DNA from: Candidatus Caldarchaeum sp.
GTDB taxonomy: Archaea; Thermoproteota; Nitrososphaeria_A; Caldarchaeales; Caldarchaeaceae
Length of the DNA stretch: 64,000 nt
Assembly (NCBI GenBank): GCA_038890155.1
Contig: JAWAFZ010000005.1
Location: 505 to 64,504, forward strand
Direction: 5' to 3'
Within the stretch, counting starts at the first letter, position 1, and each line of letters begins with the position of its first letter. The translations under genes were made by a program, and so were the position numbers. A model generated the notes under the pieces. That model searched no databases, was not told the origin of the DNA, and saw only the letters and a program-made list of their open reading frames with translations. Of the stretch, positions 49,090 to 59,480 are shown one piece after another.

Positions 49090-49431
49090 ATGCTCGAGGA
49101 GAACTACCTGCGGTCAGCTCCGGAAAGGGTTAGGATCAAGCTGGTTCATGTCAGGAACGCTAGACCTGACGTGGTTTTGTCGAACAGCGAAGTTGAAGGC
49201 TTGCTAGAGGCTTTCGTGGAAAGCAGGCGGAGGGCTTCGACGGAGTTCTACCCCGTGCAGTTCGAGGCTCTGAACCCAACGCCAGTGGTGGCTGTAGTGG
49301 ATGCCGAGAAGCTGAAACGCCTAAACAAGCTGATCAAGCAGAGGACTGGAAGAGAACTCTACGACGCAGCGGCAGTCATCGAAGTCGACGGCGAGAAATA
49401 CATCATAGCAGTTGAGCATCACTGCGGCTGA
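49090..49431 (+). CDS. Hypothetical protein
   Basis: ORF abuts the aRF1 stop; protein-like composition. Confidence 0.7.
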   Translation: MLEENYLRSAPERVRIKLVHVRNARPDVVLSNSEVEGLLEAFVESRRRASTEFYPVQFEALNPTPVVAVVDAEKLKRLNKLIKQRTGRELYDAAAVIEVDGEKYIIAVEHHCG

Positions 49432-50329
49432 CACTCCGCAGCAGATGAACGATGGACTTGATGCCTTCGAGGCTTAGGCCGTCGACACCAAGGTATCCAA
49501 GGCCTTTACGTGCGTCAACGCACCCCGCATCCACTAAAACCTTCATCACGTCGCCGATCTTGTCGACGACCAAGTCGAGCATCGACTCCTGCATCAAAGC
49601 CATCGTGCCGTAAACACCTAGGTCTGAGAAAGACGATACTACGAGAACGTCGCATCCTGTGTTCGACGCTATTCCTCCTCCGCACCTACATCTGCAAACA
49701 CCGCCGTACTCGACGTGTTTCTGCACAGCATCCATTACTAGACCCATACCAACCTCGTTCCCTCCGTCGCCAAACGCAACCAACGGAACTTTATTCCACC
49801 GCAGCCATTCAAGAAGCTTGTCGAGAGGGGCGTGCAGGCTCGACACATCCTCGCCAACTGCGTTGTGGTAAACGTTGAGCTTGTTGGCGGCAGGCCTCTC
49901 GATAGCCACGGAGAGGTCGGGAGACTCCTCTTCGACAAAGTTGGTAAAAACACGCCTCGAAAGTTCCGAGTCAGCCGGAAGCCCGATGACCCGGGAGTGC
50001 TTGACGTCGGCAGCTTGCAAACCCTTCTGCAAAACACGCTCAAACCCCTTGTCAGTGGCTATTACTGACTCGACGCCGAGTACTTTCTCGAGGCACGTGG
50101 CTAGAAGCGTCGCCGAGACGGGGCCGTCGGTCTCCAAGGCTGCGTTGAACCGGCGGATCCTGAAACCCGTGGCCAGCAGAGGCTTGCTGGAACGAGCCAG
50201 CTTCTCGGCAGCCATCAAGCATAATGAACCTCCGAGCTTCTCCTGTGCAGCTTGATGTAGATGCTTGACGACTCCTCGCATGTTATAGTCCGTGGAGACC
50301 ACCAACTCCACCAAGCCAGCAGTGTCCAA
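49403..50329 (-). CDS. DUF4392 / D-glutamate cyclase-like protein
   Basis: TGF, ETDGP, IERP, GDGGNEVGMG; start tentatively TTG 50329. Confidence 0.82.
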   Translation of the reverse strand: MDTAGLVELVVSTDYNMRGVVKHLHQAAQEKLGGSLCLMAAEKLARSSKPLLATGFRIRRFNAALETDGPVSATLLATCLEKVLGVESVIATDKGFERVLQKGLQAADVKHSRVIGLPADSELSRRVFTNFVEEESPDLSVAIERPAANKLNVYHNAVGEDVSSLHAPLDKLLEWLRWNKVPLVAFGDGGNEVGMGLVMDAVQKHVEYGGVCRCRCGGGIASNTGCDVLVVSSFSDLGVYGTMALMQESMLDLVVDKIGDVMKVLVDAGCVDARKGLGYLGVDGLSLEGIKSIVHLLRSVSRSDAQLL

Positions 50330-50413
50330 AGCCCGGCTAAACCCAAGCGACGAGTAAGTTAAGATGTTTTCTACGCAACGTTTAATGCCTGACAGCCGAG
50401 ACCTCAACCCGGA

Positions 50414-51142
50414 GTGTTCACGGTCTACGCGGGGATAGACCTTTTCAACGGTCGTGTGGCAAGGCTTTGGAAGGGAGACCCGGCGAAGGCAACCTACTAC
50501 CCTTACGGCCCGTCCCACTACGCCAGACGATGGCTGAGCGAGGGAGCGGATGCCCTACACGTGGTAGACCTCAACGCGGCCCTCGAACTGGGCGACAACA
50601 CGGAAGTCATAACCAGCTTCGTGAAAAGCCTCAACGCATTCGTTCAAGTGGGCGGAGGAGTCCGGAGCCTAGCGAGGGCCACGGCCCTGAGAGATGCTGG
50701 AGCGTCGAGGATCATCGTCTCGAGCCTTTACTTCACGAGAAGGGAGGAGGCTCTGAAGGTTCTTGACATTCTTGGAGCCGAGCACCTCGCCCTGTCGCTG
50801 GACTGCCGTGAGGACTTTGTTGTGGTTCGAGGATGGAGTGTGAAGACGGAGACGAGGCTGGCGGAGGCCGTGGATGCGGCTCTGTCCGACGGCTTCAGAC
50901 ACATCGTTCTGACCGACACTTCGAGGGACGGAACGCTCCAAGGAGTGAACTCTAAGCTTGTACATGCGGTTGAAAAGAGCCACCGCAGCCACATAACCTA
51001 CGCCGGCGGCGTGTCCTCCGTCGACGACGTCCTAGCTCTCCGCCGCCTCGGATACGAGGGAGCCATACTGGGCAAAGCCCTCTACGAAGAAACACTCAGC
51101 CTCGAAAGGGTCAGAAACGCCCTCGAGCCGACGCTACACTAA
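50414..51142 (+). CDS. hisA: ProFAR isomerase
   Basis: [37 protein letters not shown]. Confidence 0.92.
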   Translation: MFTVYAGIDLFNGRVARLWKGDPAKATYYPYGPSHYARRWLSEGADALHVVDLNAALELGDNTEVITSFVKSLNAFVQVGGGVRSLARATALRDAGASRIIVSSLYFTRREEALKVLDILGAEHLALSLDCREDFVVVRGWSVKTETRLAEAVDAALSDGFRHIVLTDTSRDGTLQGVNSKLVHAVEKSHRSHITYAGGVSSVDDVLALRRLGYEGAILGKALYEETLSLERVRNALEPTLH

Positions 51143-51171
51143 ATAAACCCCGCCCGGGCTGTTTACCCGAA

Positions 51172-51936
51172 GTGCTGGCCAAGAGAATAATCCCATGCCT
51201 AGACGTCGACGCGGGCAGAGTGGTCAAGGGAAGGAGGTTCGTTAACCTCATGGATGCAGGAGACCCGGCGGAGCTGGCTGCAAAGTACTCGGAGGAGGGA
51301 GCTGATGAGCTTGTCTTCCTCGACATCACCGCATCAGCCCAGAAGAGAGAGATACTTGTGAGGGTCGTCAGAGACGTTGCCAGCGTCATAAACATCCCGT
51401 TCACAGTAGGCGGAGGCATAAGAAGCTTGGAGGACGCCGACCTAGTCCTCAGAAACGGCGCAGACAAAATCTCCGTCAACACCTCCGCAGTCAACAACCC
51501 GCAGCTGATAAAACGGCTGGCTGAGACCTACGGATCCCAGTGCGTCGTCGTCGCAGTAGACGCCAAGTCTAACCCGGAGATGCCATCGGGCTACGAGGTC
51601 TACGTCTACGGCGGCCGGTCTGCGACGGGGTTGGACGCTGTCGACTGGGCTGGGAAGGCTGCGGAGCTGGGGGCTGGCGAGATACTGCTGACGTCCATCG
51701 ACATGGACGGAACACGGCAGGGCTACGACGTCAACCTCACCAGGCTGGTGGCCGGCTCGTTAGATGTTCCCGTGATAGCGAGCGGTGGAGCTGGAGGCCC
51801 CGAGCACTTCTACGCCGTGCTTACCGAGGGAAGGGCCGACGCAGCGCTCGCGGCTGGGATCTTCCACTACGGCAGGCACAGCATCGAAGAAGTTAAAAGG
51901 TATCTCGCTGAGAGAGGCGTTGCGGTGAGGTTTTGA
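51172..51936 (+). CDS. hisF: Imidazole glycerol phosphate synthase cyclase subunit
   Basis: [31 protein letters not shown]. Confidence 0.97.
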   Translation: MLAKRIIPCLDVDAGRVVKGRRFVNLMDAGDPAELAAKYSEEGADELVFLDITASAQKREILVRVVRDVASVINIPFTVGGGIRSLEDADLVLRNGADKISVNTSAVNNPQLIKRLAETYGSQCVVVAVDAKSNPEMPSGYEVYVYGGRSATGLDAVDWAGKAAELGAGEILLTSIDMDGTRQGYDVNLTRLVAGSLDVPVIASGGAGGPEHFYAVLTEGRADAALAAGIFHYGRHSIEEVKRYLAERGVAVRF

Positions 51937-52256
51937 GGATTGAGGAGCTGAGGTTTAAGGACGAGCAAGGCCTAGTGCCCGTGGTTGTGCAGGACGCCGA
52001 TACGAGAGAGGTTTTGATGCTCGCCTACGCCAACCAGCAGGCATTGCGTTTGACGATGGAGACGGGTAGGGCTCACTTTTGGAGCAGGTCTAGGCAAAGG
52101 CTGTGGCTGAAGGGTGAGGAGTCGGGCAACTATCAAGACGTAGTCGAGGTGAGGGCTGACTGCGACGGGGACGCCGTCCTCTACTTAGTCCATCCCAAGG
52201 GCCCCGCATGCCACACGGGAGCGAAAACCTGCTTCCACAACACGCTCAAACCCTGA
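51933..52256 (+). CDS. hisI: Phosphoribosyl-AMP cyclohydrolase
   Basis: [21 protein letters not shown]. Confidence 0.96.
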   Translation: MRIEELRFKDEQGLVPVVVQDADTREVLMLAYANQQALRLTMETGRAHFWSRSRQRLWLKGEESGNYQDVVEVRADCDGDAVLYLVHPKGPACHTGAKTCFHNTLKP

Positions 52257-52863
52257 CGATGCTCCGAAAGTTTTGGAGAATCTTCAACCCCGTCGATGAA
52301 GACTTCTCGGGGTGGAACTGCGTCCCGTAAACGTTCCCCGACCCGATCACCGACGGAAACTCCACACCGTAGGACGTCCTAGCCAACACCAAGCCAGAGT
52401 CCTCGGGCGAAGGGTAGTAGGTGTGGTTAAAGTAAACCCACTCATGCCCGACGCCTTCCAGAAGCGTGCTCGAGCCTGTTTTCCATATCCTGTTCCAGCC
52501 CATGTGAGGCTTCTTCACACCCTCAGGCAGGGAGACAACACGCCCCCTTAACAGAGAAAGCCCTTTCCCAGGGCCCTCCTCGCTCTCCTCGAACAAAATC
52601 TGCATGCCCAAGCATATTCCCAAGACGGGAATCCCAGACCTCATCACGTCGACGAGCTCACCACGGTAGGAGGAGATGTCTTCGGCGGCGGCTTGAAAGC
52701 TGCCCACTCCGGGCAAGACTAGGCAGTCGACTCCGCCGTGGAGCTTCCTTCCAACCTCGACGTCGAACCCAAGCCCCTTGAAAGCCTTCTCGACGCTGAA
52801 GACGTTGCCCACGCCGTAGTGGAGGACGAATGCCTTCAACCCGTCTCCCGCGACCCCGTGCAA
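52246..52863 (-). CDS. hisH: Imidazole glycerol phosphate synthase glutaminase subunit
   Basis: LPGVG, GICLGMQ, PHMGWN, QFHPEKS. Confidence 0.96.
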   Translation of the reverse strand: MHGVAGDGLKAFVLHYGVGNVFSVEKAFKGLGFDVEVGRKLHGGVDCLVLPGVGSFQAAAEDISSYRGELVDVMRSGIPVLGICLGMQILFEESEEGPGKGLSLLRGRVVSLPEGVKKPHMGWNRIWKTGSSTLLEGVGHEWVYFNHTYYPSPEDSGLVLARTSYGVEFPSVIGSGNVYGTQFHPEKSSSTGLKILQNFRSIVRV

Positions 52864-52933
52864 CCATATTACCGTTTCTCAGCGGGTGTTGTGTTTAAAT
52901 AAGCCGTTGCGCGAGGCAGGTTAAGGGACCGAG

Positions 52934-53911
52934 TTGGCTGTTGTAAAGTTCGCCATACCTAAGGGCTCGTTGGAGGCTGGGACGCATGAGATCCTGTCCA
53001 AGGCGATGCTTAGGCTTAGGGGGGTGGAAAGGACGTACAGGCCGGTGGTCGACGACAGGGAGATAGAGGTCAAGATCCTCAGGCCGCAGGAGATTCCTCT
53101 TCTGGTGGGCGGCGGAGCCTACGACATGGGCATAACGGGGGTTGACTGGATCAACGAAACTAAGGCCGACGTCAACATCTTGCTTGACCTAGAGTATGGA
53201 TACGTACGGCTTGTCGTCGCCGCTCCAAAAACGTCCAGCCTCTCGTCGTTGAACGAGTACGTCGAGGAGTATGCCATGAAGAGGAAACCGTTGAAGATCT
53301 CGACAGAGTACCTGAACACAACCGCCGAATATGTTTCATCGACACCGGCTTACAGGAAGTACTATGGGGGAAGACGGCCTTTGATTGTCACTCCTTGGTG
53401 GAGGAAGGGTGAGAACGAGATGGTGGAGATTTATCTTAGCTTTGGGGCGACGGAGGCAAAGCCGCCCGAGGAAGCTGACTTAATCGTTGACGCGTCGGCC
53501 ACGGGGATTACTCTTGAACAGAACAACCTCAGGGTGTTGGAGGTAATCTCCGAGTCGACCGCCATGCTTATCGCCAACAAACAGTCCTACGCAGACCCAG
53601 TCAAGCGTGAGAAGATCCTCGACATCATGACGCTGTTCAAAGGAGTGGTCGAGAGCAGCAAGAAGCTGCACATCTTCGCCAACGTGCATCAAGACAACCT
53701 TGAAACCCTTCTCAAAGCCTTGCCGGCTTTGAAGAGCCCAACGGTAAGCCAGCTATCCGACGAGGGATGGTACGCCATAAACACAGTGGTCTCCAAGACA
53801 GAGTTCCTCAAAATTCTGCCCACGCTTAGAAGGCTTGCTCAAGGGCTTGTCGTTCATGAGCCAAACCTACTCCTACCGCTCGAGGAGATACTTCAGCGGA
53901 GCGGTGGCTAG
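52934..53911 (+). CDS. hisG: ATP phosphoribosyltransferase, long form
   Basis: AIPKG, RPQEIP, DMGITG.D, GATE, C-terminal regulatory domain (LPALKSPTVS). Confidence 0.94.
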   Translation: MAVVKFAIPKGSLEAGTHEILSKAMLRLRGVERTYRPVVDDREIEVKILRPQEIPLLVGGGAYDMGITGVDWINETKADVNILLDLEYGYVRLVVAAPKTSSLSSLNEYVEEYAMKRKPLKISTEYLNTTAEYVSSTPAYRKYYGGRRPLIVTPWWRKGENEMVEIYLSFGATEAKPPEEADLIVDASATGITLEQNNLRVLEVISESTAMLIANKQSYADPVKREKILDIMTLFKGVVESSKKLHIFANVHQDNLETLLKALPALKSPTVSQLSDEGWYAINTVVSKTEFLKILPTLRRLAQGLVVHEPNLLLPLEEILQRSGG

Positions 53912-53913
53912 TC

Positions 53914-54489
53914 CTGAGGACGGGGCGATCCTTCAGAGAAACAAGGGAGACAAGGGTGGAGGCTGAGGTCAACATCGACGGCGCAGGGGTTTGCAGCGTC
54001 TCAACAGGCTACAGGTTTCTCGACCACATGGTTGAGACACTAGCAAGACACAGCCTGATTGACATTTCGGTATCAGCCTCGGGCGACCTGCGGCATCATG
54101 TCGTCGAAGACACAGCGATTGTGTTGGGCACAGCTCTGGAGAAGGCCCTAGCAGACAGGAAAAGCATCAGGAGGTTTGGATACGCCTTGATCCCCATGGA
54201 TGAGGCGGTGGCATACGCAGCCGTGGACCTAGTCAGGAGGCCTAAGCCAGTCATAGACCTCAGGACGAAGGTGGACGTTGTCGAAGACATACCTGTCTCC
54301 GAGATTGTTCATTTCCTCGAAACGCTTGCAACCAGCATGAACGCAACCATTCACGTAAAAGTATTGGATGGGTCGGACGACCACCATAAGGTAGAGGCAG
54401 GGTTCAAGGCGCTGGCTGTAGCGCTGAGGCATGCAGCCGAACGCGACCCAAGAACAATCAGCGCACCCTCAACGAAGGGAACGATGTAG
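53914..54489 (+). CDS. hisB: Imidazoleglycerol-phosphate dehydratase (probable CTG start)
   Basis: RETRET, FLDHM, HHVVED, PMDE, HHKVE, PSTKG. Confidence 0.94.
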   Translation: MRTGRSFRETRETRVEAEVNIDGAGVCSVSTGYRFLDHMVETLARHSLIDISVSASGDLRHHVVEDTAIVLGTALEKALADRKSIRRFGYALIPMDEAVAYAAVDLVRRPKPVIDLRTKVDVVEDIPVSEIVHFLETLATSMNATIHVKVLDGSDDHHKVEAGFKALAVALRHAAERDPRTISAPSTKGTM

Positions 54490-54671
54490 ACAGCCGCCAC
54501 AGACGCCGTATAGTTGCTCAAAACCCTCTCGCATCCCAAGCCTTTAGAGACAGCCCATCAACTCTGCGAGGGGCACTAGCCTAGGTATGTTTTAATGACG
54601 CCTCCGTAGCTTGACGTGATGCTGGGATTTACGGAAACGTATTTATACTTGTAGACCCGGTGAGTAGAACC

Positions 54672-56036
54672 ATGACAAAACAATCGGCCATCTCCACCAC
54701 TGTAGCCGCTGTTTTGATGATAGTTTTCCTAGCAGCGGGAGTCGCCGGAGGATACTTCGCAGGATTGTCATCGGCAACCGGCCAGGCCGCAACAAAGACA
54801 GAGTACGTGACTGTGGGAGGAACGGTCACCCAGACTCAGATAATAACGGCAGCCACCACGCTTACCCGGACGGTTGAGGGTCAGGCGAGAATAACCGAGT
54901 ACACGATAGGGTTTGCCTACGAGCTTACGGGTGCGCAGGCAAGCTTTGGAGTAGACATGCGGGATGCGGGCTTACTAGCAGTGGCTGAAGCTAACTCTTA
55001 TCTGGAGAAGTCAGGGTTCCCGGTGCGGTTCAAGACGGTCGTGGAGGACACGGCCAGCACCCCCGAGGGCACAGTAAGAGCCGTACAAAGCCTCGTCGAG
55101 AACCACAAAGCAAGCATCATCGTGGGGCCCATAAGCAGCCTCGGTGTCTCCGCGGTAAAAGGATACCTCGACCAGAAAGAAGTTGTTCTGGTGAGTTGCT
55201 GCTCAACAGCAGTCACTCTAAAGCTTACCAACGACTACATCTTCAGAGTCATAGCCTCGGCAGACGTCCAGGGCAAGGCACTGTCACGCAGCGTTCTCGC
55301 AGAAGGGTTCAAGAAAGCGGTAGTGATTTACAGGGCTGAGGCGTTCGGCGAATCACTGTTCCGAGAGTTCAAGAAGGACTTCGAAAGCGCAGGCGGGACA
55401 GTTGCTTCAGTGGCTTATCAGCCAGACCAGTCAGACTACAGCGCCGAAGTCGCTAAACTCAGCGAAGAAGTCAGGAAGAGCGGGCCCTCCCAGACAGCCG
55501 TTGTCGCGGTGTCGTTCCAGACAGACGGGCTACTGATACTAGGCGAGGCAAGGCTTGACGAAACACTGTCAAACGTCAGGTGGTTCGGCATCAACACCTT
55601 GAGAGTTCCAGCGTTCCTTCCACCCCAAGCCCCGGAGCAAATAGCCGAGTTCATGGTGAAGGTTTCACTGACAAGCTCATACACAGCGCCTCCCAACAAC
55701 CCGAAGTACTTCGACTTTCTCAGCAACTTTGAAAAATTCCACAAGCGAAAGCCCGGGCCGCAGGCCGAGCTTGGATACGACGCAGCATGGGTAGCTATCC
55801 TGTCGATTCTATCAGCCGGCACAGATAAAGGGCAGGTGCTGCGCGACGTGATCATACCCACAGCGAGAAAGTACATGGGCGCTAGCGGACACATATGGAT
55901 GGATGATGCAGGAGACAGAGCACTCCAGGACTATACAATCTCAAGGATTACCAAGCAGGACGGACAATTCAGGTGGATTGACATAGCATCCTACGATGCG
56001 GCGACAAACACAATCAAGCCACTCACTGGACAATGA
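54672..56036 (+). CDS. Liv-type (HAAT) ABC transporter substrate-binding protein
   Basis: N-terminal anchor and Thr linker, ELTG..A.FG, VEDT, IVGP, YDAAW. Confidence 0.88.
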   Translation: MTKQSAISTTVAAVLMIVFLAAGVAGGYFAGLSSATGQAATKTEYVTVGGTVTQTQIITAATTLTRTVEGQARITEYTIGFAYELTGAQASFGVDMRDAGLLAVAEANSYLEKSGFPVRFKTVVEDTASTPEGTVRAVQSLVENHKASIIVGPISSLGVSAVKGYLDQKEVVLVSCCSTAVTLKLTNDYIFRVIASADVQGKALSRSVLAEGFKKAVVIYRAEAFGESLFREFKKDFESAGGTVASVAYQPDQSDYSAEVAKLSEEVRKSGPSQTAVVAVSFQTDGLLILGEARLDETLSNVRWFGINTLRVPAFLPPQAPEQIAEFMVKVSLTSSYTAPPNNPKYFDFLSNFEKFHKRKPGPQAELGYDAAWVAILSILSAGTDKGQVLRDVIIPTARKYMGASGHIWMDDAGDRALQDYTISRITKQDGQFRWIDIASYDAATNTIKPLTGQ

Positions 56037-56956
56037 TAGAGCTTGCGGCGTCGCTGATCAGAGTTCTGCAGACCGGCGCCCTGTACGCCCTGATGGCTAC
56101 AGGGCTGACTCTAACTCTTTCAATCTTACGAATCCCCAACGTCGCCCACGCTGAATACGTCACCATAGGCGCCTACGTATCCTTTGTGCTTATAAACTTC
56201 GCAGGGCTGGCGCTCTGGCAAGCCATACCACCTTCTTTTCTTTTAGGGGCCCTTGCGGCCATCCTCTCCTACGTTCTGGTTTTCAAGCCGTTGCGAAAAC
56301 GGGGTGTTTCGATGTTCATACTCATGGTAGCCTCGTTCGCAGTATCCCTCATCATCCGATACATGATATACGCTGTTGTCGCCGCTGGAAACTGGGGGCT
56401 TGGCGTAAAACCAAAAGTCGTCGTGAACGTCGCCTACCGTGTTGCAGGCATAACAATAACCGACCTGTTTCTGCTCGTCCTCCCACTATCCATCGCCTTA
56501 ACGTCGTTCCTACATCTTTTCATGACGAGAACACGCACAGGCAAGCAGATGAGAGCAGTATCCGACGACCCCGACCTAGCCGTCGTGTCAGGCGTCAACG
56601 TCGAAAAAGTAGCCCTGATAACGTTCCTGATTTCAGGAGGATTAGCCGGCCTCGCCGGCTCCCTGTGGGTGGTTTTCACCCACGCCCACCCAGACCTAGG
56701 TCTAGAGGCCCTGCTGAGGATGATCGCGGCTTCTGCGCTGGGAGGTTTCGTCAGCTACCCCGGAACCTTGGCAGGCGCCTTCATCGTCACCTTCGCCGAA
56801 AACACGGTCATGGACTTCTTGAACAGGACGTTTGGAATAAGTCTAGCTTTCAAGCCGTTGATGCCCATGATAATCATAATCATCGTCTTGGTCTCTAGGC
56901 CGAGCGGGTTGACGGGTCTGCTATCCTCGAGAGCACAGACCGCGGTGAAAAAATAG
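56033..56956 (+). CDS. HAAT ABC permease (LivH-like)
   Basis: YALMATGLTL, NVAHAE, TGKQMRAVSDD, RPSGL. Confidence 0.9.
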   Translation: MIELAASLIRVLQTGALYALMATGLTLTLSILRIPNVAHAEYVTIGAYVSFVLINFAGLALWQAIPPSFLLGALAAILSYVLVFKPLRKRGVSMFILMVASFAVSLIIRYMIYAVVAAGNWGLGVKPKVVVNVAYRVAGITITDLFLLVLPLSIALTSFLHLFMTRTRTGKQMRAVSDDPDLAVVSGVNVEKVALITFLISGGLAGLAGSLWVVFTHAHPDLGLEALLRMIAASALGGFVSYPGTLAGAFIVTFAENTVMDFLNRTFGISLAFKPLMPMIIIIIVLVSRPSGLTGLLSSRAQTAVKK

Positions 56957-56958
56957 GA

Positions 56959-58011
56959 ATGGACGTAAATCAAATAATATCAGTCATAGTATCGACTGGA
57001 AATTTTTACGCTATATGGATGATACTTACGCTTAGCCTAAACTACGAGTACGGATACAACGGCGTCCTGAATTTTGGTAAGGTACTTTTTTTCGGCCTAG
57101 GCGCGTTTGCAGCAGGGTTTATCGCCGGAAACTTGGCTAACCTGATTGCCAGCTCAACCATCGACGTGTGCAGCGCCGACGCTGTTCAGCTAAGGCTGGG
57201 GTTGGCGAAATCGAACCCCGTCTACGGGTTCGGGGCTTTCATCCTCTCGCTTGTGGCCGGCGCCTTGACCTCCGCTCTCCTCGCCTTACTTCTCTCCAAA
57301 TCCACTTCGAGGATTCGAGAAGGGTTTGTTTTGGGCATCGTGTTGCTTGCCGCGGGCGAGACATCACGGGTGGTTGTGCGAAACTACGAGCCCCTAGTTT
57401 GTGGCTACCACGGAGTCGTCGGGATTCCCAACCCGTTCATTTTTCTAGGCGACGCTGAAACAGCCGCCTATCTGATGTCAGCTTCAATATGGTCAATAGC
57501 CGCATTTAGTTATTTCATAACAACGAGGCTCACCGAATCACCCTACGGCAGAAAGATAAGGGCAATAAGGGAGAATGAGCTTGCAGCCGACAGCTACGGG
57601 AAGAACCCCTCGAGTGAGAGGCAGAAAGTCGTCGTCATCGGCTCTGCGATGGCAGGAGTTGCGGGAGTGCTCTACGCGTACTACATCGGCTTTGTTGCGG
57701 CCGATGATTTCACCAGCTTGAAAACATTCGACATCTGGGTGGCTATGATGCTGGGAGGGGTTGGGAACCACTTTGGCGCAGTTGTAGGCGCCCTGACAGT
57801 GACGTTGATTGACAGAGGGACGAGGATTCTGAGAGGCTTTCTTGCGAATTTAGAGATTCCGCTGGAGATGCTTTACCTGAGATGGGTGATAGTGGGGCTG
57901 ATAATGTTGCTAATCCTCCTGTACAAGCCTTCTGGACTGATACCCGAAAGACCGATAAAGACGCCGAGCCTTCAGAAAATAAGCAGATTACTAAGGGGGA
58001 GGAAGGAGTGA
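56959..58011 (+). CDS. HAAT ABC permease (LivM-like)
   Basis: LNFG..FFGLGA, SPYGRKIRAIRENE.AA, MLGG.GN. Confidence 0.9.
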   Translation: MDVNQIISVIVSTGNFYAIWMILTLSLNYEYGYNGVLNFGKVLFFGLGAFAAGFIAGNLANLIASSTIDVCSADAVQLRLGLAKSNPVYGFGAFILSLVAGALTSALLALLLSKSTSRIREGFVLGIVLLAAGETSRVVVRNYEPLVCGYHGVVGIPNPFIFLGDAETAAYLMSASIWSIAAFSYFITTRLTESPYGRKIRAIRENELAADSYGKNPSSERQKVVVIGSAMAGVAGVLYAYYIGFVAADDFTSLKTFDIWVAMMLGGVGNHFGAVVGALTVTLIDRGTRILRGFLANLEIPLEMLYLRWVIVGLIMLLILLYKPSGLIPERPIKTPSLQKISRLLRGRKE

Positions 58012-58766
58012 ATCCACTGCTCGAGGTAGAGGATGTGTCGAAAAGCTTTAGAGGCATAAAGGCTCTGGACGGTCTCTCCATGAAGATACGGCAGGGACTG
58101 GTTTACGGTATCATAGGGCCCAACGGAAGCGGAAAAACCACCCTGCTAAACGTAATCACAAGCGTGGTTAAACCCGACACGGGTAAAATCCTATTCCAAG
58201 GCAAGAGGATAGACAACCTCGAGCCCTACCAAATATACAACATGGGAATAACCAGGAGCTTCCAGATACCGACTTTGTTCATGAACATGGTTGTTTTCGA
58301 AAACCTGATGGTTCCACCTAAAAACCAGATAGGCGAAAAAGTCGTATATTCCTTTCGTCGTTCAAAGTGGAGCCGGCAGGATGTTCAGATAGGAGACCAG
58401 GCCGCTGAGGTTCTTAGTTATTTGAAGCTGTTCGACATAGCGCTTAATAAATGCGGGGAGGTGTCTGGGGGGCAGATGAAGCTCGTTGAGCTAGGGCGGG
58501 CCATGATGAGTGAGCCTAAGCTGGTGTTGCTGGACGAGCCGACCGCGGGGGTGAACCCGGTCCTCGCCCTAGAAATTTTCAACCACATCAAGAGGCTAAG
58601 GGACAATTTCGGACTAACCTTCATGATAGTTGAGCATCGTTATGACATGCTGTTCAACAACGCGGACTACATATTTCTTTTAAACGAGGGGAAAATCGCC
58701 TCCGAAGGGACTCCGGAGAAAATTTTACAGGACCCTGTTCTGGCGCAAGTTTACATAGGTGATTAG
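58008..58766 (+). CDS. HAAT ABC ATP-binding protein (LivG-like)
   Basis: GPNGSGKTT, RSFQ, LLDEPTAG, VEH; GTGA overlap start. Confidence 0.92.
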   Translation: MNPLLEVEDVSKSFRGIKALDGLSMKIRQGLVYGIIGPNGSGKTTLLNVITSVVKPDTGKILFQGKRIDNLEPYQIYNMGITRSFQIPTLFMNMVVFENLMVPPKNQIGEKVVYSFRRSKWSRQDVQIGDQAAEVLSYLKLFDIALNKCGEVSGGQMKLVELGRAMMSEPKLVLLDEPTAGVNPVLALEIFNHIKRLRDNFGLTFMIVEHRYDMLFNNADYIFLLNEGKIASEGTPEKILQDPVLAQVYIGD

Positions 58767-59480
58767 ATGAACCAAGTTCTATCCGTCAAAAATCTAACGG
58801 CTGGCTACGGCAAGATTTCCATCGTTCAGAATGTTTCTTTAAACGCTTACCGGGGGGAATGCATTTCGGTCCTAGGGCCGAACGGCAGCGGAAAAAGCAC
58901 GTTGTTCAAAGCCGTCTTTGGGCTTGCTAAAATATTCGAGGGCAAGGTTTTCTTCAAAGACGAGGATGTGACTGGAATGAGGGGAGACCTACTCATAAGG
59001 CGTGGAATGGTATATGTCCCGCAGCTCAGAAACGTTTTCACGTCGATGACCGTGGGCGAAAACCTTGAGCTTGGAATTGTGAGGAGACGCGGTAATGACA
59101 AGCAACTGATCGACGAGGTCTTCGAGATGTTTCCTGTGTTGAGGGAGAAGAGAAACCAGAAGGCGGGGTTGCTGAGCGGCGGTCAGAGGCAGGTTTTAGC
59201 CGTGGCCAAGGCTTTGCTGAGCGAGCCGGAGGTTTTAGTCCTTGATGAGCCGACGGCTGGGCTGGCGCCGAAAGCTGTTGCCGAGATGATGAGTGTCATA
59301 GCTCGGTTGAAGCAAAGAAACCTCGGCCTTGTGCTGATAGAGCAAAACGTCAAGAGAGCGTTGAGCATTTCAGAGAGGGCTTACATCATGGCTGCGGGGA
59401 AAGTGGTTTATGAAGGGGTTGTCAGCGAGCTCTCAAATAACAGGGAGCTTGCGAAAATCTACTTGGGGATTGTCAGTTGA
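58767..59480 (+). CDS. HAAT ABC ATP-binding protein (LivF-like)
   Basis: GPNGSGKST, YVPQ.R.VF, LSGGQRQ, IEQN, YLG. Confidence 0.92.
   Translation: MNQVLSVKNLTAGYGKISIVQNVSLNAYRGECISVLGPNGSGKSTLFKAVFGLAKIFEGKVFFKDEDVTGMRGDLLIRRGMVYVPQLRNVFTSMTVGENLELGIVRRRGNDKQLIDEVFEMFPVLREKRNQKAGLLSGGQRQVLAVAKALLSEPEVLVLDEPTAGLAPKAVAEMMSVIARLKQRNLGLVLIEQNVKRALSISERAYIMAAGKVVYEGVVSELSNNRELAKIYLGIVS

Noticed and set aside
54589..54608. TAATGACGCCTCC resembling the 3' part of a fluoride riboswitch
   Set aside because: The required 5' GATGG hairpin and pseudoknot partner are missing, and the downstream genes are unrelated.
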